DNA from: Promethearchaeota archaeon
GTDB lineage: Archaea; Asgardarchaeota; Lokiarchaeia; Sigyniarchaeales; SOKP01
Length of the DNA: 64,000 nucleotides
Direction: 5' to 3'
Assembly: GCA_016840165.1 (NCBI GenBank)
Contig: JAEOSU010000070.1
Location: 64,001-128,000 of the forward strand
Position numbers and translations under genes: made by a program
Shown: in pieces, positions 20,409 through 30,746 of the stretch
Position numbering within the stretch: the stretch's first letter is position 1
Layout: the number at the start of each line of letters is the position of its first letter
The notes under the pieces: model-generated
Databases searched by the model: none
Seen by the model: the letters and a program-made list of their open reading frames with translations, nothing else
Told to the model about the DNA's origin: nothing

Positions 20409-20945
20409 ATGTTAAGTACTGAATTGAATAAATTAGTAAAAGTCTCATTTTTAGGAGCCCCCGCAGTCGGTAAAACAACAATGTTAAAGTTATTAGCCAA
20501 AAATACTATTGATCGTATCTATATGCCTACACATGGATTTGATTTGAAAACTGTTCAGATAGAAAGTTTTACTCTCAAAGTATGGGATTTAGCAGGTCAA
20601 AGGAATTATTTAAAAATGTATAGTAAAGATCATCTATTAGGATCGGATATTATTATTGTAGTCACTGACTCGACTCCGCGTAATGTTTTGAGCTCACGAG
20701 AATTAATCAATTATGCTACTCACTTCGTTGGGAAGGATTGTCCGATAATTGCCATCGCGAATAAACAGGATTTGAAATCTGTCGATGGAAGGATGAATCC
20801 CAAAAGAGTAGGAGAAATTCTCAGGGTAGAAACGTATGGCCTTACAGCAATTAATCCTGAAGAGCGTATGGTTCTTATAAATATTATTAGAAAAGAATTA
20901 GAACGAGTAGCAATTAAAAGAGGTATGCGTGAAGATGAATTTTAA
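20409..20945 (+). CDS. Small Ras-superfamily (Arf/Rab-like) GTPase
   Basis: G1 GAPAVGKT, G2 YMPT, G3 WDLAGQ, G4 NKQD, G5 TA. Confidence 0.92.
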   Translation: MLSTELNKLVKVSFLGAPAVGKTTMLKLLAKNTIDRIYMPTHGFDLKTVQIESFTLKVWDLAGQRNYLKMYSKDHLLGSDIIIVVTDSTPRNVLSSRELINYATHFVGKDCPIIAIANKQDLKSVDGRMNPKRVGEILRVETYGLTAINPEERMVLINIIRKELERVAIKRGMREDEF

Positions 20946-21489
20946 TGAAAAAGAGCTTTTTGGAGCAGCTCTCATTGGTTTTGATATGATAGATGGCCCT
21001 TTTTTAAAATGGAAACGAGAATATGCGAAATCGGAAGATATGATGAATTTAGACGATTTTGCGATGAATTTTTATTTGGCATTCCGAGGAGGGAATGCAG
21101 GTAAGAAACCAAGGGCAATCTTATATGATAAATTCTATATCGTTGCTTTCCCTAAAGATCTAGAACTTTGCTGTCTTTTTATGAAGCCCCAAGGTATCGA
21201 AAACAATATTAAGCAACTCAATAAGATCGCTTTTAGAATTATTAATGAAATGGAGGTTGATGAGGAGCATGAAGAGGGACCAGATCAATCTGATGAAGAT
21301 ACAATGGAAGAAGTAAAACGACTGGTTGTGAACTTACTAAATGGTACTGAAATGTCCACTCCGGAATTAAGACGTTATTTTAAGTTAACAAACGCAGAAA
21401 TATGGAAAGTAATGTCAGATCTTGAAAACGATAATAAAATTAAGCGTACAAGGAAAAAAGGAAGAGCTATACTCTGGACAAGCTGTTAA
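20929..21489 (+). CDS. Longin/uDENN-like domain fused to C-terminal winged HTH
   Basis: N-terminal IGFDMIDGP (FDxxxGP); acidic linker; MSTPELRRYFKLTNAEIWKVMSDLENDNKI wHTH; overlaps GTPase stop. Confidence 0.6.
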   Translation: MKMNFNEKELFGAALIGFDMIDGPFLKWKREYAKSEDMMNLDDFAMNFYLAFRGGNAGKKPRAILYDKFYIVAFPKDLELCCLFMKPQGIENNIKQLNKIAFRIINEMEVDEEHEEGPDQSDEDTMEEVKRLVVNLLNGTEMSTPELRRYFKLTNAEIWKVMSDLENDNKIKRTRKKGRAILWTSC

Positions 21490-21545
21490 AAACTTAATTT
21501 TTTCTTTCATTTTAACTTTTTTAAATTGAAAGATAAGAGATTAAA

Positions 21546-22358
21546 TCATCTAGTTCTGTGTTCCCAACCTTTTTGTTTTGTGAACATTCGGGAAAACATG
21601 ATATGACATATATCGGGAAGTGCTTTATCTTCATTATTTATGGTAATGTAACGAAGTATATGATTGATGATAAATATACCAATCAATTCAGCATGATAAC
21701 TACCCATATTAGTAAGTTTTTTTCCTGAGAAGATGATATCCAACCCATCATTTTCAGTCCAGATAATTTCGGCAAACATTTGAGGAAAAAATTCTTTTTT
21801 TATTCTCCAACCATTTTCAGTCTTCCATATCTTTGCTCCAATGAATTCAGATAATTCATCTTTATCTTCATTCTTTAAGTATGTAAATGGTTTAGAACGC
21901 TGTGTTAATACTTTTTCCATTAGCTCAGTTTTCTTACTATAATCTCTTTCGAAGGGTTCTTTATCTTTTAATAACCTTTCGATGAAATCCATAACGATAT
22001 CTATATATGTGGCAGTATCTTCACCGGGAACCCAGTATGAACGATCTCCCGAGAAGAAAAACTTAATTTCAGCCTCAATATCATCCCCAAATTCATCTCC
22101 AAAATAATTGTAGGTAATGTGGATCATAACATCTGGAAATAGCTCAATACTTATTGTCCAATCGTCATCCATTCCTAGATCTTGAAATTTTGCTCCCAAT
22201 TCGTTAATAATAATTTTTTCAAATATATTTGGATCAAGATTGATAAAGAGGGGATATTTATTCTTACTAATATTTTCTAATTCAACCTCATGGGGTCCTC
22301 GTACGCCCGTTGCGTCGATTTGACCTACAGTCCACAATTTAATGTTATTTTTGGCCAT
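21546..22358 (-). CDS. Tandem DUF3786-like protein
   Basis: Two similar halves (LGA...W.I..E.FP.....I); FP...I...GDEF...E..F.F....PGED pattern. Confidence 0.55.
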   Translation of the reverse strand: MAKNNIKLWTVGQIDATGVRGPHEVELENISKNKYPLFINLDPNIFEKIIINELGAKFQDLGMDDDWTISIELFPDVMIHITYNYFGDEFGDDIEAEIKFFFSGDRSYWVPGEDTATYIDIVMDFIERLLKDKEPFERDYSKKTELMEKVLTQRSKPFTYLKNEDKDELSEFIGAKIWKTENGWRIKKEFFPQMFAEIIWTENDGLDIIFSGKKLTNMGSYHAELIGIFIINHILRYITINNEDKALPDICHIMFSRMFTKQKGWEHRTR

Positions 22359-22404
22359 AGCATTAACCTAGTATAATATTAATTATCAAAATTATGCTTA
22401 ATTT

Positions 22405-23709
22405 TTATTTTTTTTTTAATCTGCTCACAAAAAAACCTTGAGTATTATGAATTGAAGGAAAAAGTCTTCCTGTTCCTTTTAGAATTGTATTATTGATCTT
22501 ATAGCTCTTAGAAAAATATTTAGGCAAATCCAAAGGTGTTATTTGATCATATATTTCGTTTATCTGATATTCTCCCTCTTCTGGATATAAACTACATGTT
22601 GAATAAACTAAATTTCCTCCTTTTTTTAAAAGATTTAGGCCAGACTCAATCAATTTCTTTTGTATTACTACATTCTGATTAAGAAACTCATTATTTTGAC
22701 GCCATTTTAGTTCTGGATGGGAAAGAAAGGTTCCACTTCCGGTACAAGGAGCATCAATTAAAATCTTGTCAAATTTAAAATCGAATTTCACAGGAAAGTT
22801 TGTTCCATCAGAATTTAAAATACATATATCTATGTTTTTAAATAGACTAAAGAAGTCTTTTGTAAATTGTAATCTGGAATTGCTAAAGTCATTGCAGAGA
22901 AGTCTGTATCGATTCTTACTTAACTGTACTATTAGGCTCGACTTGATTCCTGGAGCTGCACATAAATCGCATATTAAACCTCCTTGATGTGGTTCTAATA
23001 ATTCTACTATTGCTGCCGAAGCCCAGTCTTGGAATAATAGAGTATTATCCTTATAAAGTTTGTTTGAAATTATCAGTCTTTTGTATTGCGCTTGAGTATG
23101 GAGAATATAGGGGATTTTTTCATCTTGTTGAATTTTAATTCCTTCTTTCTGAAATTCGCTTTTAATTAGATCCTTTAAAGTTTCCAATGAGTTATTCGAA
23201 GTTAAACTATTAATTCTTAAACTTACTGTCGTTTGGGAACTATAGTAGTTCATGTATTTGAGATTATCTTTTAAAAAACTTAGTTTCATAACTGGCAATA
23301 AACGTTCAATAAAAAAACTAGGAATTGCCTCATTAATGCTTAGAACCTCTACGTCTTTTTTGTTTCTTAAAGCTATATCCCAGGAGAAATCTTTTAATCG
23401 TTCTAAATAAAGAGAAAGTTTTTCATTTGGTTCAACTTCCATTATGATTTCTTGAGCCTCCGCTTTCTCAAACATAGACCGGTAGGTGACAAACAGTAAA
23501 ATTTCTGCTCTAGGTGGAGTGGTGAGCTTTAATGAACGGAGTGTTTTTTTAATCGTAAAATTTAATTTACTCCAGAATCTAATAATTTCATTAAAATAAT
23601 GAGTAATCTCAGAACTTTGTCGATCTTGTATATTAATTATTTGAGTCTTACCTTGAATAAATTCAGATAATAAATTTAAAATGGTATTAACAGTATTCTT
23701 AGGGAGTAT
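22405..23709 (-). CDS. RsmB/NOP2 family RNA m5C methyltransferase; N-terminus extended to an ATA start
   Basis: FQD.AS, DLCAAPG.K, DAPCTGSG, YSTCS motifs; frame open 78 codons upstream of ATG 23475 with a NusB-like segment; SD GGTGG 6 nt before ATA 23709. Confidence 0.85.
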   Translation of the reverse strand: MLPKNTVNTILNLLSEFIQGKTQIINIQDRQSSEITHYFNEIIRFWSKLNFTIKKTLRSLKLTTPPRAEILLFVTYRSMFEKAEAQEIIMEVEPNEKLSLYLERLKDFSWDIALRNKKDVEVLSINEAIPSFFIERLLPVMKLSFLKDNLKYMNYYSSQTTVSLRINSLTSNNSLETLKDLIKSEFQKEGIKIQQDEKIPYILHTQAQYKRLIISNKLYKDNTLLFQDWASAAIVELLEPHQGGLICDLCAAPGIKSSLIVQLSKNRYRLLCNDFSNSRLQFTKDFFSLFKNIDICILNSDGTNFPVKFDFKFDKILIDAPCTGSGTFLSHPELKWRQNNEFLNQNVVIQKKLIESGLNLLKKGGNLVYSTCSLYPEEGEYQINEIYDQITPLDLPKYFSKSYKINNTILKGTGRLFPSIHNTQGFFVSRLKKK

Positions 23710-23780
23710 TTTTAACCACCTATTATTGAATATTAAATCAATGATATAATTAAAAGACCTTAAAAAAATATCATTTCACT

Positions 23781-24302
23781 TTAGCCACTTATCTTATACT
23801 TGGTTTTTATATATGAAAAAATGGCTACTCCAGAAACTGCTAGTATTACTTCGGAAAATAATACTTTAATAAACGAAAACCAAACAGGTTGAATTCCTAA
23901 ACTAAGATATAAAATAATAGCAACATATAAAGAAATCATATTTGCATACAATACTGCTCCAAGATATCTCAATTTTGAACTTCCCCTAAACAGAATTATA
24001 CAATATAAAGCGGGAATATTAACCACAACACTAACCAAGTCAATAAGACCTAATGGTGAGAATAAATTAACAAAAAACACTCCTATGACTTTTCCAACTA
24101 ATCCCTCATATGGGAATAGAATACACATTCCAACAACGATTTCTGCTATTCGAAATTGAATATCTAAAAAACCTATAGGCACACTTATGAAACCTAATGC
24201 AACGTATAATGCACCGGTGATGGAAATTATCGCTATTTTTAAGCTAATTCCTCTCTCTTCGAAAGAAACAAGTTTCTTCTCGTCAACGTTAATCTCATTC
24301 AT
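23781..24302 (-). CDS. queT: QueT-family ECF S component (queuosine precursor transporter)
   Basis: ALYVAL..PI.F..IQFRIAE and G....NLFSPLGL.D motifs. Confidence 0.8.
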   Translation of the reverse strand: MNEINVDEKKLVSFEERGISLKIAIISITGALYVALGFISVPIGFLDIQFRIAEIVVGMCILFPYEGLVGKVIGVFFVNLFSPLGLIDLVSVVVNIPALYCIILFRGSSKLRYLGAVLYANMISLYVAIILYLSLGIQPVWFSFIKVLFSEVILAVSGVAIFSYIKTKYKISG

Positions 24303-24424
24303 TATAGATAGGAACCTATGATATGAAAATTATCTAAACTATAGCTAAGATATTAATTGAATTTGTAAAAAAGTTTATGGTGAAAAAATAGGAAAAAATA
24401 GAATTATTGTTTTTTAAAAGTTAT

Positions 24425-25276
24425 TTATCTCTTTCTTTTCATATATAATACTAAGCCAATCATTGTTATTACAGAAACTCCAATGAATATAGACAATTCA
24501 TATCCAGAAATTTGAGCGCCAGGTAATACAATGCTGTATTGATACACTACTTTACTTTCATTATTTACTAAAGAATAGCCAATAAGAGCGCCATTGTCAT
24601 AGTAAGTCCATGTTTCCGTACAATCCTCGAGATAAGTGAAAGTAGTAAATGGAACTGTATATCCAGCTGTTACGTCATGAATTATTTTCGCACCCGCACT
24701 ATACCAACCAGCATCCCATATGATATCAGCTAGATAATCTCCCGGTGGTACGGGTAATTGCGCTAAATAGGGACTATATGCTACATCAGCAGCCCATGGC
24801 ACGGTTACATTTCCAGGTTGGGCTAAAAAGGCCCTAACTCCTTGTACAAAGGCGGTTAAATTTGCTGGATCCTTTATGACGTAAACCTGTGAGGTTGTTT
24901 TATTTGCCTCGAGAAATTCTCCGGTAGTAAATGCCCAAGAATCTACAGTGATGTTACAGACGGAAACTATTCCTGCTCCCCAGAATGAATAATCTATTGA
25001 ATCGTTGGTTCTTATCCCCTGTACAACTGTTTTGAATTTAGCTCCTAAAGTTGAAGCATCTCCAGAAAATGAAGTATTTAATACCGTTTTCCAATCAGCT
25101 CCAAAAATATCTTCTAAACCAGCCGCATCAACAACAGTTACTTCTAATATTTTTGTGTCTCCCGCTGATGTACTGGGACATGCATAAAGATCTCCACGAA
25201 CAGCTACAATCGGACTTAATACAAAAAGAAACGAGATAACTAGCAATAAAATTGAATTTAATTTTTTATTTCTCAT
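24425..25276 (-). CDS. Secreted surface protein with Loki-CTERM/PGF-CTERM-like sorting tail
   Basis: Signal peptide; many N-x-S/T sequons; ISGY + TM + MKRKR C-terminus. Confidence 0.75.
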   Translation of the reverse strand: MRNKKLNSILLLVISFLFVLSPIVAVRGDLYACPSTSAGDTKILEVTVVDAAGLEDIFGADWKTVLNTSFSGDASTLGAKFKTVVQGIRTNDSIDYSFWGAGIVSVCNITVDSWAFTTGEFLEANKTTSQVYVIKDPANLTAFVQGVRAFLAQPGNVTVPWAADVAYSPYLAQLPVPPGDYLADIIWDAGWYSAGAKIIHDVTAGYTVPFTTFTYLEDCTETWTYYDNGALIGYSLVNNESKVVYQYSIVLPGAQISGYELSIFIGVSVITMIGLVLYMKRKR

Positions 25277-25440
25277 TTTCTTTTATAAATTTAGTTTGTT
25301 TTTTAGGTTTCTAAATAGATTTAATATAATCAATAAATTTATTTTTCTAATATAAAAATATTTTCTTTAAAAGATATCAATTAAGTAATTTTTGAGATAA
25401 AGTAAAAATTAACTTATAAAATATCAGCTAAAATAGCAGA

Positions 25441-25671
25441 TTAAATTGATGCCTTAAAGGTCCTTGATGAGTATGACCAAATAATAAATGCTATCCCAAT
25501 TCCAAAGACTATCGAGATTGATAAAAGGAAATTAACCGCAAATGGCTCATCAACGAATTGCCAAAGATTAATAAGATTAACATGCCCCAAGTAAAGCATA
25601 ATAAAACATAAAATACAGTCTACAAATAGAATAATTAATCCGATGAGAAATTGATAATTTAGCTTTTTCAT
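25441..25671 (-). CDS. Small 2-TM membrane protein
   Basis: 76 aa, two hydrophobic helices, GAGGT SD upstream. Confidence 0.6.
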   Translation of the reverse strand: MKKLNYQFLIGLIILFVDCILCFIMLYLGHVNLINLWQFVDEPFAVNFLLSISIVFGIGIAFIIWSYSSRTFKASI

Positions 25672-25879
25672 TATATAACCTCTGATGAATGAGATAAGTT
25701 AATTATATGATTATTGAGATATCTTAGTATAAAAATATTTATATTTTCAATCAATCTTCGTGAGAGATGGTTTATCATGAAAAGAACCAACAAGAAAGTT
25801 TTTTAAATTTGATTTACAAACTATTTAATGATTATAATTAATGTCAACAATAATTGAAAAATTAAAATGGTAGACTATC

Positions 25880-26656
25880 ATGGAATATTTTTCCTTAGAA
25901 AATGGATTTAAAATAGCATATGAAATTAGTGGAAATGAATCGGGTGCAAAAATGGTTTTGCTACATGGTTTATTTATAAATAGTGATTGCTGGCGCGAAC
26001 AACTTAAATATTTTGAAAATGATTTTCATATTCTACGATTTGATTTAAGAGGACATGGCAGGAGCAGTAAACCAGTAGAGAGATTTACAATTAAAGATTA
26101 CGTTAAAGATATGCATCTACTTCTGGAGCATTTAGGTTGGGATAATGGCTTATATCTTGTTGGTCATTCATTGGGAGCGATGATAAGTTTAGCCTATAGT
26201 CTTCTTTATCCTTCCCACGTTAAAAAGATAATCTGTGCTAGCGGATTTTGTTTCATTAGTTTTGAAGCAGAAACAGATGTTTTAGGAAGAGTCGATAAAT
26301 ATCAATTAGAAAGATTTGCTTTAGGAATTAGCAAAAGAGGATTAAATCCTTATAATGAAGAAACAGCGCAATTTGTTGCGGCTCAAGTAACAGATCATCT
26401 TACAAAAGAACAATGCCTTAAAGCTACAGCGGCATCGGCAGGATTCAATATTTGCGAGTATCTTAAATCTATCGAAATCCCAACATTACTTATTGTCGGT
26501 GAGAGAGATATTACAACACCAATGTGGGCAAGCGAGATGCTTCATGATTGGTTAGGTAATTCTGAGATTGCTATTATTCCAGATGCAGGGCATTTAGTAA
26601 TTTTAGATCATGCTAATGAATTTAATGAGCTAGTAGCTTCATTCTGGAAAAAATAA
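25880..26656 (+). CDS. Alpha/beta hydrolase (enol-lactonase-like)
   Basis: LLHG, DLRGHGRS, GHSLG nucleophile elbow, G..D, AGH. Confidence 0.9.
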   Translation: MEYFSLENGFKIAYEISGNESGAKMVLLHGLFINSDCWREQLKYFENDFHILRFDLRGHGRSSKPVERFTIKDYVKDMHLLLEHLGWDNGLYLVGHSLGAMISLAYSLLYPSHVKKIICASGFCFISFEAETDVLGRVDKYQLERFALGISKRGLNPYNEETAQFVAAQVTDHLTKEQCLKATAASAGFNICEYLKSIEIPTLLIVGERDITTPMWASEMLHDWLGNSEIAIIPDAGHLVILDHANEFNELVASFWKK

Positions 26657-26697
26657 GAAATTATAATAAATAAAACAATATAATTTTATACTTCTCT

Positions 26698-27726
26698 TTA
26701 TTTTTGAGTACCCCATTTAATAACTCCAGCATTCCAAGCCCAACCGATTCCAGCGGCAGCAATAACAACAAGATCACCATTTTTAATCTTGCCTTGTTGA
26801 ACTCCAAATTCAATAGAAAGAATGCCATCATTTTGGCCATTATGCCCTAATCTATTAAAATATGTGGATTGTTCATATGGATTAATCCCTACAGCATTAC
26901 AAACGTATTCAAATGCGCTTCTTTTCATGTGTAATAGGGCAAGATAATCAATGTCCTCCCTTTTATAACCAGAACGAGTGAGTGCTTGATCTATAACCCT
27001 TTCAAATGATTTCATTGAAAAAGCATCGAGCCTTTGTTTTAAACCTTCTGGATCTGGGACATCTAAATAAATTTTGCCCTCTTCAATCGCTTTACAGGAT
27101 ATAGGTTCAACTGTTCCTCCTGCGGGAACATATACATCGTCAGCAAATCTTCCATCCGTAATTGCGGATATATCTAATATTTCATTCACTCTGGAATCTG
27201 CTTTTAGAACAGCTGCTACACCACTCGCTGCAAGACTATACATAAAGCGTGAATTTTCATTTTGATAATTAATCAGATCCGAATTTCGATATCCACTTGC
27301 AACTAAAATTCGATCCATTTCAGGGTAAATTTGAATTAAACTTTTTGCCATCAACATCCCAACTAAAAATGTCCCACAACGTTGATTCACGTCGAATGCC
27401 CATGGCTTTTTTGGAGATCCAAGATACTTTTGTAACTTTATCCCATTAATCTGCATTGGTCTTTCACTATAGACTTCACCAGCCCAGATAATTAGATCCA
27501 GATCTTCAGGACTAATATTAGCTCGTTCTAATGCTTGAAAACTTGCCTTAGCGCCCATTGCAACAGTATGATCTTCAGGTCCAGGAACCGTTTTACTAGT
27601 AAGTCCAAATTTATCTTCAAGAATATCTTTAGGTATCCCTGTTTCTTCCGAGATAAATTTACTTGTATGTCGTTTATCAGGTAAATAAATACCCCATGAT
27701 TCCAATCCAATGGGACGATTTTTCAC
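26698..27726 (-). CDS. FabH/KAS III-like condensing enzyme
   Basis: GIYLP, AFDVNQRCGT (Cys), LLHMKR (His), GHNGQND, AAGIGWAW. Confidence 0.85.
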   Translation of the reverse strand: MKNRPIGLESWGIYLPDKRHTSKFISEETGIPKDILEDKFGLTSKTVPGPEDHTVAMGAKASFQALERANISPEDLDLIIWAGEVYSERPMQINGIKLQKYLGSPKKPWAFDVNQRCGTFLVGMLMAKSLIQIYPEMDRILVASGYRNSDLINYQNENSRFMYSLAASGVAAVLKADSRVNEILDISAITDGRFADDVYVPAGGTVEPISCKAIEEGKIYLDVPDPEGLKQRLDAFSMKSFERVIDQALTRSGYKREDIDYLALLHMKRSAFEYVCNAVGINPYEQSTYFNRLGHNGQNDGILSIEFGVQQGKIKNGDLVVIAAAGIGWAWNAGVIKWGTQK

Positions 27727-29297
27727 AATTTTTCCTCCTTTTCCAATTCTTTCTTAAGAATTTTTCCTGTTCCGCTAGTGGGCAATGAATCTTTTATTTC
27801 ATAATACTTTGGAATTTTATATTTTGCCAATTTATCAATTAAATATTGTCTAATCTCATCAGCAGTTGTTGATTGCCCTTTTTTTAAAGTAAGAAATGCT
27901 TTTCCGACTTCTCCCCATTTCTCATCGGGAACCCCAATCACCGCCGCTTGATCAATTGCGGGATGTTTATAAAGTAACTCTTCAATTTCGACAGGAAATA
28001 CATTCTCACCCCCGCTAATATACATTTCTTTCCTACGACCGACTATATAATAATAACCCTCTTCATCTTGTTTTGCTAAATCTCCAGTATGCACGAATCC
28101 ATCATCCTCTATTGCGCTCTTCGTTTCTTCAGGCTCATTCCAATATTTAGAGAAGATATGAGGACCCTTTAATAAAAGTTCTCCAACTTCACCCTGTTTT
28201 ACTTCCTGATCCGTTTCTGGATCTAATAATTTCATGTCACAATGAAATACTGGTAATCCGACAGAAGTAGGTTTTTCTTTTATACGATCTTCAGGTAAAT
28301 AAAAATTATTTGGACCAACTTCAGTAAGACCATAACCCATCTTGAAAGGTTTCCCTCTGTCCCAATAATGCTCCATAATCGCAACTGGACATGGAGCACC
28401 CCCAGAAATAAAAATTCTCACAGAATCAAAATTTGCAGCTTTGAATTCTTCTTTATTTGCCATCATATGAAACATGGTTGGAACCCCAATGATAATTGTA
28501 CATTTCTCTCTCTCAATGACATTTAATGTTTCTATAGGATCAAAATCACCCATTAAAATAGACTTTGCTCCCATATGGAAAAAAGGTAGAAGTAAGACAT
28601 TCCATCCACCCGTATGAAACAAGGGAAAGAGAAGAGGCTGTATATCATCCGGTTTGAGTCCCCAACTCATAATTGTATTTATGGAATTCCAGAAAATTAA
28701 TCTATGAGATAATGTCGCACCTTTTGGTAAACCAGTAGTACCACCAGTGAAAAGTATTAGATGAGGATCTTCAAAATTTAAAATAGGCCGTTCTACAGGT
28801 GATTCTGAGACTTTATTAACAAGATTGTAATAATTTTTATCACCTTTTAGGTCCTCATTCTCAAATTGTATATATTTATGAATTAAATCCAAATCTTTGA
28901 TTGTTTGTACTTTTTCTTGAAATTTATTTTCATAAAATATTATTTTTGGATTCATTTTTATAGCTAATTGCTCAATTTCAGCGGGAGCAAGACGTATATT
29001 AAAGGGTACAAAAATAGCTCCTATTTTACCAGTTGCGAAAAAAATATCAATTAATTCCATTTTATTAGTCGAGAAAGCAGCAACTCTATCTCCTTTTCTG
29101 ATATCCATATTCAATAGCACTCTGGCTAATCTATTTGCCCTATTGTCTATTTTTTTAAAAGTGTACCTTTTATTCTCCATATTATCGAATATCGCTTCTT
29201 TATTTGGAGTCAACATAGCTCTACGAGCTGACCAATTACCAATCCATGAAAATTCCATTGGAAAAGTAAAATCATCTGCTTTATACACTTTATTCAC
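27723..29297 (-). CDS. Acyl-CoA synthetase (AMP-forming, long-chain/MenE-like)
   Basis: FTGGTTGLPKG, GYGLTE, HTGD, SGGENV, GKILK. Confidence 0.93.
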   Translation of the reverse strand: MNKVYKADDFTFPMEFSWIGNWSARRAMLTPNKEAIFDNMENKRYTFKKIDNRANRLARVLLNMDIRKGDRVAAFSTNKMELIDIFFATGKIGAIFVPFNIRLAPAEIEQLAIKMNPKIIFYENKFQEKVQTIKDLDLIHKYIQFENEDLKGDKNYYNLVNKVSESPVERPILNFEDPHLILFTGGTTGLPKGATLSHRLIFWNSINTIMSWGLKPDDIQPLLFPLFHTGGWNVLLLPFFHMGAKSILMGDFDPIETLNVIEREKCTIIIGVPTMFHMMANKEEFKAANFDSVRIFISGGAPCPVAIMEHYWDRGKPFKMGYGLTEVGPNNFYLPEDRIKEKPTSVGLPVFHCDMKLLDPETDQEVKQGEVGELLLKGPHIFSKYWNEPEETKSAIEDDGFVHTGDLAKQDEEGYYYIVGRRKEMYISGGENVFPVEIEELLYKHPAIDQAAVIGVPDEKWGEVGKAFLTLKKGQSTTADEIRQYLIDKLAKYKIPKYYEIKDSLPTSGTGKILKKELEKEEKL

Positions 29298-30520
29298 CGA
29301 AACGTTTTATAAAATGGCCAATTTTTCCATACGTATGAATAGAGTAATTCAATCCATAAAAACCAAAGAACAAATGGAGTTGGATTAATATTCCAATATT
29401 CATTTGGCTGACCACCAACAGGATCACCCACGAGATATGGAGCAAAGAAATAATATCCGAAGAACATTAGAGTGCCTAATCCTATAACGAGCAAGAATCT
29501 AAAGATCAAATTTTTTGCTTGACTAAAACGTTTTGGCCAATTATCAAAAAATAAGGATACCATAACTATTGCTAAAATTAGAAAAATAGCATAAGATATC
29601 GACATAACATACCATCCTTTGAATTGAGTTAGCCCATAATCTAATTCAAGTTTAGGATCTCCACCAGCGGCAAGAAAGATTGGATCAAATACATATTGTA
29701 TGATAAATGGGAAAACTAAAGATAAAATAAAACCTAATATTGCACAAACTAAAAAGCATAGGATCCCCATATATGGTTGTTTTCTTGCTAAAGTTTTCCA
29801 AGGCCAATATTCATATACAAGTTGAGTGAGTAAAGAGAAAAATATTACCCATTGAGTCCATCCAAGTGAATATGCATATTGTCTATATACCACTTCACCT
29901 GCATTAGTAGCAGTTGGATTACCAGCAGGCAAGAATAATATAAGCCAAACAATTAGACCTACAATAGTGCCTATTATCCATACAATAATGCCCCTTTTAG
30001 GTTGTTTGATTTTAAAAAACGGCCAATACATTGTTCCCGCTACAAATAGTACACCAAATGAAAATGTTGAGCCGCTTAGAGAACCAAATATAGAAGCTCC
30101 TATGTACCAGGAGAGAAATTCATCAGGATTTTGGACAGAGGGCTCATAAAAACTATTAAATAATGGTAATAGTATATAGGTAAAAAGTAATGCAATAGCA
30201 ATATTTATAAGAGTACCCACCAACCCAATTTGCCAGGGTTTTTTAAATTTTCCATAATATGGCCAATTTTCAAACCATATTGCCCATACAACTCCAACTA
30301 ATCCAAATCCTCCTATTAATGATGCATAATGAACCAGATCTGGACCATATATTCGTGGATCAAAAAATAGATACCAAGTTCCTAAACTAATGAAAAAAAC
30401 TACAATTAACGCTAAAACTCCTGAAAATGGTTGCTTAAAACGCGGCATAAATATAAGGGGTTGTTCTTCAGCAGAGGGCAGTCCACGAAGTTCTTTAGTG
30501 TTTGTATTTTTACTTTTCAA
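29294..30520 (-). CDS. Polytopic membrane protein with five [NY]WP repeats, putative transporter
   Basis: About 10-11 TM; repeats ENWP, MYWP, EYWP, DNWP, KNWP; GTGA overlap with the acyl-CoA synthetase. Confidence 0.6.
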   Translation of the reverse strand: MKSKNTNTKELRGLPSAEEQPLIFMPRFKQPFSGVLALIVVFFISLGTWYLFFDPRIYGPDLVHYASLIGGFGLVGVVWAIWFENWPYYGKFKKPWQIGLVGTLINIAIALLFTYILLPLFNSFYEPSVQNPDEFLSWYIGASIFGSLSGSTFSFGVLFVAGTMYWPFFKIKQPKRGIIVWIIGTIVGLIVWLILFLPAGNPTATNAGEVVYRQYAYSLGWTQWVIFFSLLTQLVYEYWPWKTLARKQPYMGILCFLVCAILGFILSLVFPFIIQYVFDPIFLAAGGDPKLELDYGLTQFKGWYVMSISYAIFLILAIVMVSLFFDNWPKRFSQAKNLIFRFLLVIGLGTLMFFGYYFFAPYLVGDPVGGQPNEYWNINPTPFVLWFLWIELLYSYVWKNWPFYKTFR

Positions 30521-30746
30521 GATTTTTCCTCTTTAAAATTTTTGTTTTTAAAATATAGTATCATACTTAGTAACAAATATATTTACTCATTTTTTCTTAA
30601 AAAGATTTTGTTCAAAAACATTTGTTAACAGAAGACTAATTTAGAAAATCCTAGTTAACCAAATATTATGTATAAAAAGATTAAATAGAAAAAAATTAAT
30701 AGAAATTAGATATTGAATTAGCCTATTTATAAAATTCCTGTCTCAT

